The notes below the pieces were generated by a model. It ran no database searches. It saw nothing but the letters and a program-made list of their open reading frames with translations, and was not told the DNA's origin. DNA of 60,887 bases, filler included, from Barthelona sp. PAP020 (lineage: Eukaryota): the NCBI GenBank assembly GCA_040182905.1. It is 2 parts of 2 records of this genome, joined end to end, with 100 filler letters (N's around TTAATTAATTAA, not from the genome) between each part and the next. Parts side by side here need not be neighbours in the genome. Positions count along the whole stretch, not along the records: positions 30,526 to 60,887 come from JARQWU010000114.1; 1 more part is not named here. The stretch is one strand, 5' to 3'. Each line of letters begins with the position of its first letter. The stretch's first letter is position 1. Of this stretch, positions 52,309 through 60,887 are shown one piece after another. The position numbers were made by a program, and so were the translations under genes.

Positions 52309-55300
52309 TTAAAAATAATCACCATCATTGGTCAAAGGGGAGACACCAAACATTTCCAAATATTTCACGTAATTATCTCTGAATGCTTCCAAAGAACAAG
52401 TTTGATGATGTTTGATAAACTGTGCTTCATCAATTTTGGTAACTTTGCTAAAGAATGTATTCATTTCATCAACAAACGATTGTACACTGCTCTTCAAATT
52501 CTCTCTTGAGATATCAATTATTACAGTATGAAATTGGGGATGTTTCAACAAAGAGGAAGAAGGTAATATTAAAGGTCCAGTCAAACAACGACTTGAAAAG
52601 TATAAATCTGCCTTAGTTTCCACATATTTGAAGAATTTTTTCAAATCGCAGACAGAAAATTGAGGCAAAAATAGAATTTCAGAAAAATACATGGTTCGAT
52701 TATAAAGAAGACTGTCATTCCCACCAATATCTTTCAAATTTTGAGAAATTTGCCTTTTAGCCACATTGCTCAATGAGTTCTTCCCCAAAACATATGTATC
52801 ATCCTGCCACGTGCCTTGTAATAATGTGTCGACAAATTGAAATTGAGTGGCTGTTTTGTGCAGTTTGAAATCAAGGTCTACACACCAAATTTTCAACAAA
52901 CCATTCAACTCAAACAACACAAGGTCGAAAGTAACATATCCCCTTATGCCTTGTTTATACAAACCATAACCCATGTGCTTACACAATTCTTCAAGCATTG
53001 TTGCTGATAATGTCCTTTGGGGAGCTATTGAACCTTTACGGACAAAACATTCCAACACTTGATCAAAAGAACAGACAATTTCACATCCTCCACCAGGTGG
53101 CAAAAATAATTGAATCCAGGGACTACCAGATATATTATCTGGAATTGCTTCAATGATACCACCTTGTTTATCGAACAATTGGAAGTATTTATCGATCTTA
53201 TAATCAAAAATTTCTGGACAAATCAAAACAAGACCAAAATCTTTCTTTTTCTGAAGTTCTTTAACAATCAGTGTGGCAAGCTCAAACCGAGCGTCCTCTA
53301 AATAGTCTTCATCAAGGTCATTCAATTCAATAAGCATATCTAACATAGAATCAGATAATATGCTCAAAGAAAATAAAACCAACCCCTGTGAATCAAAAGA
53401 ATAATTTGTTTTGATCAGCCATTGGGTAACATTCGGATACCTTGTTATGCACACGGCCAATTGTGATAATATTTCATCACTAGACATAATATCATGAGTT
53501 CCATAAGGTATTCCAATACCAATAAGGTCAAGTAAACGTCTTTGACCTGATTTTGATCCATATTTTTCCAGACACATTGGTAAAGGAGCTATAATCTGAC
53601 TATTCAATTCATTTGCAATTTTCCAATCATAAATACTTGGTTCAGAGGGAATAACAACACTCTTCAAAACACCTTTAAGTCGTCGAATTTTATTCAACAC
53701 AGAAAATGAAAATAATGCAGTGGCTGATGCAGGTATTGTGTTTTTGATGACCTTCGTGAAATCATTGGTAACAATTTGACTTTTGTTAACAATTTCTTCC
53801 AATCCATTGTTAGAAAGTATACGATGGTAATGTTCAATGGTATTTTGTGAGGGATCGATGGGACTAATGTAAATACTGTTTGCATTTGAATTTCTAAGTG
53901 CAAATCCCCTTGAGATGTTAAAATTCTCAAGCAAATGCCAATGTTCAACTCCATATTTTTCATTCAAAATGTACTGTTGGCTAGCCAATTTCATATAATA
54001 GTCGTTTAATAAGTCTCGCCATGATTGATGCGACCATATACTGGGAATATGAATGAACACATGTTTTTCAAGTCTCAACTGATTCCAATAGGTTTCAAGG
54101 GTATCAAACAGTTTTCGGAATTTCAACATCTCTTTGTTATAAGTTTGTTCTCTGACCAAAAGAAGCTCACTGCGAATGATGAACATCTTGCAATTGCGTT
54201 GAATAAGCGTTGTGAAGAATTTCTCCATGTGCAACTTATCATACAATCGTCTGGCCAAGAACCCTTTACATCCGTCTTGAACAATCCGAGTTGCCTCATT
54301 GTCACCGAATTTTGAAGCCAAAACACGATCTGTGCTGTTAAGATAAACACTGATTTCAGAAAAGTTAATTATAACCTTATGCAGCTCATTCTCCTCCAAT
54401 TCAACCACATTTTGAAATAAGGGAACCAATAACTCAATCAATTTGCTTCCATCAATGAGCAAAATTGGAATGGAATAACGAAGTCCAAAATCCTCAAGCA
54501 ATTTAATAATATCATTAACATCTGTCCATTGATTGAAATAGCAGCGTTTGAATGATTGAAACTCAGGGGTATTTTCATATACTACTCCTTTTTTAATCAA
54601 AAATTCATGAACTGCATATGAGTCAAGCAACTTGTCAAAACTCCTGGCATCCTTAACATTGAAAATTATATCCGATGCTGTTTTATCGCGTCGATTATCC
54701 ATCGAAGAATCTAGGCCGGAATGATACTTTAAATCAACAGATTTCTTGTCTTCTTTGGGCTGAAAATTTATGGTCGCTTGTTTTGGCTTGATTTGATCAA
54801 GTTTGGCCCTATGTTTAGATTTTGGCTTGCTCTCAGCAATAACATTCAATTTAGAAGTTGGTTCTTGTGTTGAAATACTCATAGGAATATTAGAAAAACT
54901 TTTTCCTTTAGAAACCTGTCCGGCAGGCCTTTTCATCCTCATCCCTTGATACTCTTTCTCGACAAATTGAGCACTTATCGGATGAATCTGTTTCTTTTCA
55001 GATACAATTGAAATTGCAGGTGAAAGATCAGCATTTGTTGGAATAAGTCCTCTGGTTAATAAGGAATACGCTCCAGTTTGAATATCTTCCAAAGTGAGAA
55101 CTGGTAAATCCAGCGAAGGATCTCTGATATTAGAGATTGGCAGTGTCTTCAAGTTTTTTTTAAGTTTATTGACAGATTTGGGTCGATTTCTAATATTTGA
55201 CCTCGAATTGGAATTAATCCTTTGTTTTTGTGTTCTTTGTTGTTTTTTTATCTTATTTGTAGATTCTAATATTCTTGATTCTAACAACTTCTCAATTTTT

Positions 55301-55626
55301 TCTATGTTATCTTCTGGTACAGGTTGATTTTGATTATATTTTATAAATGAAGAATCAGAAGTATTGGTTTTCGGCATTGTCTGTGGTGAATTGCTGACTG
55401 CAAAAGATTGTAAATTCAGAATTGGTAAATTTGAATTTTCAGAAATATTCAAAATTGCAGTTGCTTTCTGTTGTAATTGATATTCGGCTTGATTAATAAT
55501 TTCATCAACATCTAAATTCTCTATATTTTCATTGTCTTTCAAAGAATGCTTTAAATTCTGCAATTGTTGCGTTACTTCACCTATTATTCTTCCTATATCT
55601 TCAAGGTGATACTTGGTTTCAGCCAT
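52309..55626 (-). CDS. IQCH: IQCH-like protein (IQ motifs plus C-terminal ATP-grasp-like region)
   Basis: LLDSYAVHEFLIKKG...TPEFQSFKR, IQ-like IVQDGCKGFLAR and LIQRNCKMF, HVFIHIPS, GGIIEA.P, GYVTFDLV, IWCVDLD. Confidence 0.8.
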   Translation of the reverse strand: MAETKYHLEDIGRIIGEVTQQLQNLKHSLKDNENIENLDVDEIINQAEYQLQQKATAILNISENSNLPILNLQSFAVSNSPQTMPKTNTSDSSFIKYNQNQPVPEDNIEKIEKLLESRILESTNKIKKQQRTQKQRINSNSRSNIRNRPKSVNKLKKNLKTLPISNIRDPSLDLPVLTLEDIQTGAYSLLTRGLIPTNADLSPAISIVSEKKQIHPISAQFVEKEYQGMRMKRPAGQVSKGKSFSNIPMSISTQEPTSKLNVIAESKPKSKHRAKLDQIKPKQATINFQPKEDKKSVDLKYHSGLDSSMDNRRDKTASDIIFNVKDARSFDKLLDSYAVHEFLIKKGVVYENTPEFQSFKRCYFNQWTDVNDIIKLLEDFGLRYSIPILLIDGSKLIELLVPLFQNVVELEENELHKVIINFSEISVYLNSTDRVLASKFGDNEATRIVQDGCKGFLARRLYDKLHMEKFFTTLIQRNCKMFIIRSELLLVREQTYNKEMLKFRKLFDTLETYWNQLRLEKHVFIHIPSIWSHQSWRDLLNDYYMKLASQQYILNEKYGVEHWHLLENFNISRGFALRNSNANSIYISPIDPSQNTIEHYHRILSNNGLEEIVNKSQIVTNDFTKVIKNTIPASATALFSFSVLNKIRRLKGVLKSVVIPSEPSIYDWKIANELNSQIIAPLPMCLEKYGSKSGQRRLLDLIGIGIPYGTHDIMSSDEILSQLAVCITRYPNVTQWLIKTNYSFDSQGLVLFSLSILSDSMLDMLIELNDLDEDYLEDARFELATLIVKELQKKKDFGLVLICPEIFDYKIDKYFQLFDKQGGIIEAIPDNISGSPWIQLFLPPGGGCEIVCSFDQVLECFVRKGSIAPQRTLSATMLEELCKHMGYGLYKQGIRGYVTFDLVLFELNGLLKIWCVDLDFKLHKTATQFQFVDTLLQGTWQDDTYVLGKNSLSNVAKRQISQNLKDIGGNDSLLYNRTMYFSEILFLPQFSVCDLKKFFKYVETKADLYFSSRCLTGPLILPSSSLLKHPQFHTVIIDISRENLKSSVQSFVDEMNTFFSKVTKIDEAQFIKHHQTCSLEAFRDNYVKYLEMFGVSPLTNDGDYF

Positions 55627-55763
55627 AATTCATCTGAACTAATTAAAATAAAATAAAGCTAAATTCAATATTTTTTTACAAAAACAAAATAATACATGAA
55701 TAAACATGATAACAATAGACACTATAAAAAACAAAAATTAACAAAATTACATATTAAAAGATT

Positions 55764-57056
55764 CTATTTTGGTTTTTTTTTGGTTTTTTTCGTTTTAACT
55801 TTTTTCTTCTTCTTCACTTCTGTAACTGGACGTCTGGGTAAACAAGCACTGGCTGAAGGTAAATTATAAACCAAATCTTTATAATGTCTGTCTTCGGGAT
55901 AAAGTAAAATTGTTTCTAATGCGTTTTCTTCCACAGAAACTCCATTTCTTTTCAAAGCAGCTTTTGTTCTCATAACTTCAGTCGATAAACTCAAATTAGC
56001 AATACTTGAAGGAACAGGAAGTTGAAATCTGGGCTGATACTTTGGTATAACTTCGTTAAGTTTTCGAACGTATTCTTCATATTCAGCAGATTTCACAGGA
56101 TCGGCAGTTTGTGGTCTTTTTTTTGTCTTTTTCCCTGTTTCTTTTTTATTTTTAGCAACATTTTTACTGCTTTTTCCCTTTGTTTGACCTTGAAGCTCAA
56201 TTGCTCTTTCTTTAACCAAACCTAAAATGTCTTTATGTGGTTCTCTCTGTTTTGGCTTTGGTCGATTCTCATCTTCAAGATTGTTACTGAATAAATGGGA
56301 CAATCCCTTCAACTCAAGTGTTTTTGACTTTCTAACACGCTTCTTCTTTTTATCAACCGGTTTTAACTTCTTTTTCTGGTTAGGATCAACAGGTTTTGCT
56401 TTTACAGGAACTGATGATGTTGGAACATTGTGAACAATGTTATTATGTGGAATATTTGTATAGGGGGACAGCCAAATAGGGCCAACAGGTCGAATTTGTT
56501 GAGGCTTTTCTTCAACAATTTCTTCAACTGTTTCGCTCAAACGAAAACCAGCTGGGGCAGTAGAAGGCCTAGTTTGTTCCAAACGAGAACGTGACCTGGA
56601 GGATGCAAACCCTACACTTTCTTGACGACGCGTAATCTCTTCTGAAAGTCTTGTATAATGTAATGCCCATCTAGAAACAGTATCTTCAATTTCTTCTCTC
56701 GCTTCAGCCTCATTTCTTTCAAACTCATGCATAACCTGCAATCTTTCTTCCAGATCTTTTTCTTCCGGTTTTTGTTCATATAATAATGCGGGTTGTTTAT
56801 GACCTAAAATTGCTGGTTGATCATTTTTCAATTTTTCAAGATTTTCGGTCAGTATTTTATCTCCTAATTCCTCTAATCTGGCCTTTTTTCTTGTTTCAAC
56901 AATTTCTATCGCTCGATCTTTGTACTTTGCAAATAAATTTCGGGTTGAATATTGAGCCAGTTCTTTCGAAACAGGAGGTGGCTTGGCCATCAACTTTTCT
57001 GGTAATGTTGGAGCCAAAAGTGTTTCCAAATCAGGAATTCTAATGGAAGTTGGCAT
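55764..57056 (-). CDS. Hypothetical Lys/Pro-rich protein
   Basis: 430-aa ORF; RPSTAP and RPQTA motifs; poly-Lys C-terminus. Confidence 0.75.
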   Translation of the reverse strand: MPTSIRIPDLETLLAPTLPEKLMAKPPPVSKELAQYSTRNLFAKYKDRAIEIVETRKKARLEELGDKILTENLEKLKNDQPAILGHKQPALLYEQKPEEKDLEERLQVMHEFERNEAEAREEIEDTVSRWALHYTRLSEEITRRQESVGFASSRSRSRLEQTRPSTAPAGFRLSETVEEIVEEKPQQIRPVGPIWLSPYTNIPHNNIVHNVPTSSVPVKAKPVDPNQKKKLKPVDKKKKRVRKSKTLELKGLSHLFSNNLEDENRPKPKQREPHKDILGLVKERAIELQGQTKGKSSKNVAKNKKETGKKTKKRPQTADPVKSAEYEEYVRKLNEVIPKYQPRFQLPVPSSIANLSLSTEVMRTKAALKRNGVSVEENALETILLYPEDRHYKDLVYNLPSASACLPRRPVTEVKKKKKVKTKKTKKKPK

Positions 57057-57214
57057 TAAAAAAACGATTTGTTAATTTTTTTGTTTTTCACCACATATTT
57101 TTTTTATTGGAATGAAAAAAAAGAAACATCTATTTTACAATATAAATAAAATGAAAAAAACAAAGAATGAAAAAAAAAAAACCAAAAAATCCTCACACAC
57201 AAATTTAGTTTCAA

Positions 57215-57466
57215 ATGTCTGAAAAATCAAAACCAATCTTACCAATTGAACGTTTAGCAACCATGCTTAATAGTCAAGTGAAAGTGTATGGAAAAAGGAG
57301 TAGTTTATGGAAAGGAACTTTGGTAGGCTTTGACGAAGGTTATCTAAACTTAATTTTGAATAATTTTGAATATTTTGACTCCAGAACAGACGAAAATCCA
57401 ATGGATTATGGTAAATCTTGTCTAGTATCTTCAGAACAAATCAATTTAATATGTGCAGATGATTAG
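57215..57466 (+). CDS. Sm/LSm protein, LSm5-like
   Basis: ILPIE.L...LNSQV.V...GTLVGFDEGYLNLIL (Sm1 motif); divergent Sm2. Confidence 0.8.
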   Translation: MSEKSKPILPIERLATMLNSQVKVYGKRSSLWKGTLVGFDEGYLNLILNNFEYFDSRTDENPMDYGKSCLVSSEQINLICADD

Positions 57467-57799
57467 ACCTTGTAGTAACTAATTTTTACGAAACATTGAT
57501 ATAAATAATGATTTGATATGATTGTTGTGGTTATTTTTTTTTTTTCCCCTAAATTGAAATTTTTTGACAAGAAAAGTATTTGTAAAGAGAATTATAATTC
57601 ACTTTTTTTGATAAAAGATCCATCAAACTGCTCAAAATCAGGAATTATGTGCAACAAACAAATAGACTTCCTTTTCATTCTTGTTTATCGTTTAAATAAA
57701 AGTATAGTTAACTAATGTTGATTAAAAATACACATTTCTAAGAAAATAATGTGAGCTCCAAAATCATTTCCTTCTCAATTGATAGTTTTCCACATTATT

Positions 57800-58978
57800 A
57801 TGGGAATCCCTGATAATATAACGGTTTATGAAACTTGGGAACGACCAGATGATGATTATTATGAGTACAAAGGTCAATTTGGGAATGTTAAATCATGGTT
57901 ATGTGGTTTATTTATTATAGCTCCTGATTTTGGGAAGAGTGTGGCAGTTTTTTTCGCTTATACGATTGGATTTATGTTGTTTTGGTTTCAAATAGGAACT
58001 TTTTTGATGAACGAAGGTTGGTGGTTTATTCCACTCCTGGTTAGTTTGACGTACATATTCACAGTTTACTGTCACTGTGCTGTTACTTTTAGGGATCCAG
58101 GAATTCTTCCAAGATCATCTTATGTTCAAGATGGTAAGAAAATTGAATTTTATGAGCAACCACCTTTAATGCAAGATGCTTTAGTTGATGGTGTTTATCA
58201 AAAAGTAAAACACTGTTCAACATGTTGGATTTATCGTCCTCCACGTGCTGCTCATTGTCCAATGTGCAATAATTGTGTTGAAGTTTTTGATCATCATTGT
58301 CAATGGTTGGGAAACTGTATTGGACATCGAAACTATAAACCTTTTGTTGGCTATCTTTTTGGGATATCATTATGGTTGTTTGTTTTGTTTTTCAGTGTTA
58401 TTTTCGGAATATACCAGAAGTCAATTGTTGAAAGTTCGTTGAAAGATGCTTTAGATGCTTTTCCAACAATAATGATACTTATTCCAGCTGATATAACCTT
58501 TTTCTTTTTGGTTCATCCTTTATTGCGCCGACATATTGATCTAATTAGTTATAACTTAACAACTCGAGAGTTGTTTAAGCCATACACACGAAGTGAAGAA
58601 AACACTCAAAAAATTTGGAAAAATTGGAAAGATTTTTTAGCAAAACCAACTCCACCTTCAAATTTGAAGGATCATTCAGCTATGAAGAAAATAACCATTA
58701 TAAATCCACCACCGAGACCATTTGATCCTTGTTGGACTGCATGGGAGGATAGATTACCGGAGTATTTGCCTCAAGGAAATTTTTTGAGAAGAGAAATGAT
58801 GACTTCTGAAGGAAATACTTTGTTTATTGATATGTATGAAACACCACAAGAGGCTGAACTAAGAGAACAAAGAGAAAAAGATCTAGAACATGAAAAAAAT
58901 GAAAAAAAAAATGATTCGTCTAGGTTTGGGGTAGAAGAAACCTTTGAGTTGTTACAAGTTGATGTTGATGTTGAATAA
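57800..58978 (+). CDS. DHHC palmitoyltransferase (ERF2/ZDHHC9-like)
   Basis: DPGILPR, CSTCWIYRPPRAAHCPMCNNCVEVFDHHCQWLGNCIGHRNY, NLTTRE. Confidence 0.96.
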   Translation: MGIPDNITVYETWERPDDDYYEYKGQFGNVKSWLCGLFIIAPDFGKSVAVFFAYTIGFMLFWFQIGTFLMNEGWWFIPLLVSLTYIFTVYCHCAVTFRDPGILPRSSYVQDGKKIEFYEQPPLMQDALVDGVYQKVKHCSTCWIYRPPRAAHCPMCNNCVEVFDHHCQWLGNCIGHRNYKPFVGYLFGISLWLFVLFFSVIFGIYQKSIVESSLKDALDAFPTIMILIPADITFFFLVHPLLRRHIDLISYNLTTRELFKPYTRSEENTQKIWKNWKDFLAKPTPPSNLKDHSAMKKITIINPPPRPFDPCWTAWEDRLPEYLPQGNFLRREMMTSEGNTLFIDMYETPQEAELREQREKDLEHEKNEKKNDSSRFGVEETFELLQVDVDVE

Positions 58979-59181
58979 ATATTTTTTTTTTTTGTTTTGG
59001 TGAAAAAATTTGTTTCAGTGGCTTTATCATGATCAAATGCCCAGTCTTTTAAGGTTACTTTAACTCAACAAATATTCTAAACAAATATTCTCAATAAAAC
59101 CCAATATATTGAAAAAATTTATGGAAAAAATCTTTAGATTTCTGTTTCATTCAAACAAATATTTTTATTTAATTAATTTAA

Positions 59182-60600
59182 ATGAGTGTTCTTGAACAAT
59201 TAGGTGAACCCAAAACAGTGTGGGAACGTTTCTTAGAAATCTGTTCCATCCCACATCCTTCTGACCATACTGAAAAAATTGCAGAATATATTCGTAGTTT
59301 TGGTGAGAAGAAAGGATATTTTTCTGAGATTGATGGTTCTTTAAATGTTCGTATTGTTGTAGAAGCCACTAATGATCAACTTCCTTGTATTGTACTTCAA
59401 TCACATATTGATATGGTTCCCAATTCTGTTGACCCTTCTTTTGATTTTGTGAATCAACCTATTACACCTGTAGTTGATGGTGATAATCTGACTGCAGAAG
59501 GAACGACTCTTGGTGCTGATAATGGGATTGGCATGGCATCCATGCTCGCATTTTTGGATCACCTTCCTGAGAAGCATGGCAAATTTATTTTTATCTTTAC
59601 AAATGATGAGGAAGTAAGTTTAAATGGTGCTTTGACTCTTGATCCTAGTTGGGTTGAAGGAGGAAATTATGTTTTAAATTTGGACGAGGAAGATGGTGGA
59701 ATTTGTCTTGGTAGTGCTGGAGGCGCCACCACAATTGCTGAATTTGATGCTAATTTTGAAAAACACAATGAAACTGTATATTATCTCAAAATTTCAGGAG
59801 GTTTAGAGGGACATAGTGGCGTTTGTATTCATCTTCCCAGACATAATATCAATAAAGTTTGGAGTCGCGTTTTTGAAGAGCTTGACTTCCGTATGTGTGG
59901 TGTAAAAGTTGGAATGGCTGATAACATTATTCCTGGTGTTGGTGAATGGTGGTTTACAAGTGCTATGGACCCTACTGAACTTGCTTCACATATTGCAACA
60001 AAATTAGAAGATATTGCTGATGAAATTCCTGAAGATTCCAAACTTGTTTTCGAGCTTGAAGAGGTTGATAACAAACCTCGTTGGTCTCTTGAGGCGCATA
60101 ACAATTTCTTGAAGTATATGAAGTTTGTACCCCATGGTGTAAAAGGATTTGTGGATATTCTTGGTTTAAAGACTGTTGAAACATCGTTAAATATCGGTGG
60201 TATTGTTTCAGTTGAAAAGGATAAAATTAGAATTGTGACATCAGTCAGATCAACCAATGAAGCTCAATTGTCTGACCTTATTGATGAAATTGTGAAAATT
60301 ACTGATGGTGTTGCATTTGCAACTGATAGATATCCTGCTTGGGATCCCACTCCAGATTCTAACTTGGTAAAATATGCGTGTGAAGTTTTTGAAGAAATGG
60401 GTAAAGAACCTGAAATTTATGCTATTCATGCAGGATTAGAATCTTCCATTTTACTCAGTAAAAATCCCAAAATGGAGGGTATTTCTATCGGACCAATTAT
60501 CAAAGATTGTCATACCCCTGGTGAATATGTAAATATTGAATCTGTTCGAACTTTTTGGGAGTTGTTAAGCAAAACTATTGCCAAATTGAACAGTTTGTAA
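59182..60600 (+). CDS. pepD: Aminoacyl-histidine dipeptidase (PepD, peptidase M20C)
   Basis: IPHPS, LQSHIDMV, TTLGADNGIG, DEE, NLD, GHSG, IHAGLE, ISIGP.I..CHTPGE. Confidence 0.93.
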   Translation: MSVLEQLGEPKTVWERFLEICSIPHPSDHTEKIAEYIRSFGEKKGYFSEIDGSLNVRIVVEATNDQLPCIVLQSHIDMVPNSVDPSFDFVNQPITPVVDGDNLTAEGTTLGADNGIGMASMLAFLDHLPEKHGKFIFIFTNDEEVSLNGALTLDPSWVEGGNYVLNLDEEDGGICLGSAGGATTIAEFDANFEKHNETVYYLKISGGLEGHSGVCIHLPRHNINKVWSRVFEELDFRMCGVKVGMADNIIPGVGEWWFTSAMDPTELASHIATKLEDIADEIPEDSKLVFELEEVDNKPRWSLEAHNNFLKYMKFVPHGVKGFVDILGLKTVETSLNIGGIVSVEKDKIRIVTSVRSTNEAQLSDLIDEIVKITDGVAFATDRYPAWDPTPDSNLVKYACEVFEEMGKEPEIYAIHAGLESSILLSKNPKMEGISIGPIIKDCHTPGEYVNIESVRTFWELLSKTIAKLNSL

Positions 60601-60887
60601 CAAATTTTAATGGTGTAAAATGAAAAGAAACTTTTTTTTTGTTTATAATTAAGTGTTTAGTTGTCTAAAATAATAATTTGAAAGATGGTAAAAACAGGGT
60701 GAGGATAAAATCACAAGAATTTTTCAACTTTTTTTCTTTTAAAATGTCAGGAAGAAGAAAAAATATATTGTATGAGGATTTAAAACAAACGGAAAACACC
60801 GTTGTTATGCATTATTTAAAGCAAAAAAGAGAATCTGAGGAACGCGAAAAAATGAGAAGACATATTATTGAAAATAATGAAGAACTC

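Noticed and set aside
2263..60257. Numerous 60-150 aa ORFs antisense to or nested within long genes (e.g. 34347-34796, 59829-60257, 17798-18169)
   Set aside because: Shadow ORFs of real genes, mostly with non-ATG starts and no motifs.
1251..60600. Alternative genetic code (stop-codon reassignment)
   Set aside because: Conserved proteins are uninterrupted in the standard code, and TAA, TAG and TGA each terminate genes at the expected positions.

Overview
AT-rich, gene-dense, apparently intron-free eukaryotic (protist) DNA in the standard genetic code; TAA, TAG and TGA all close long ORFs. The window is two pieces of about 30.4 kb (1-30425 and 30526-60887) joined by an artificial 100-bp spacer (N44-TTAATTAATTAA-N44), so adjacency across it cannot be trusted. 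Recognisable genes: PIG-P, an SPX-EXS phosphate exporter, Nup43-like, an RBX1/APC11-type RING, a MADS-box factor, TAP42, strumpellin (WASHC5), a Nup107-like fragment, RPA1, C11orf65/MFI-like, glycogen debranching enzyme, IQCH-like, LSm5-like, a DHHC palmitoyltransferase and a bacterial-type PepD dipeptidase. There are also tRNA-Leu(CAA) and an intron-containing tRNA-Tyr(GTA). The most interesting signal is a non-coding ~167-bp repeat with a ~43-bp tail module, found 150-175 bp upstream of both tRNA genes (one copy at tRNA-Leu, a tandem pair at tRNA-Tyr). It carries a hammerhead-ribozyme-like motif with a covarying stem but an incomplete core. Other leads: a dispersed WD40 family with an unrecognised conserved C-terminal domain, a kinase-ankyrin gene with recently duplicated repeats, a doubly degenerate membrane adenylyl-cyclase-like protein, an SPX domain lacking its inositol-phosphate lysines, candidate divergent kinetochore proteins, and two intergenic regions rich in palindromes or hairpins. 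All protein family calls come from motif recognition by eye; no searches were run.
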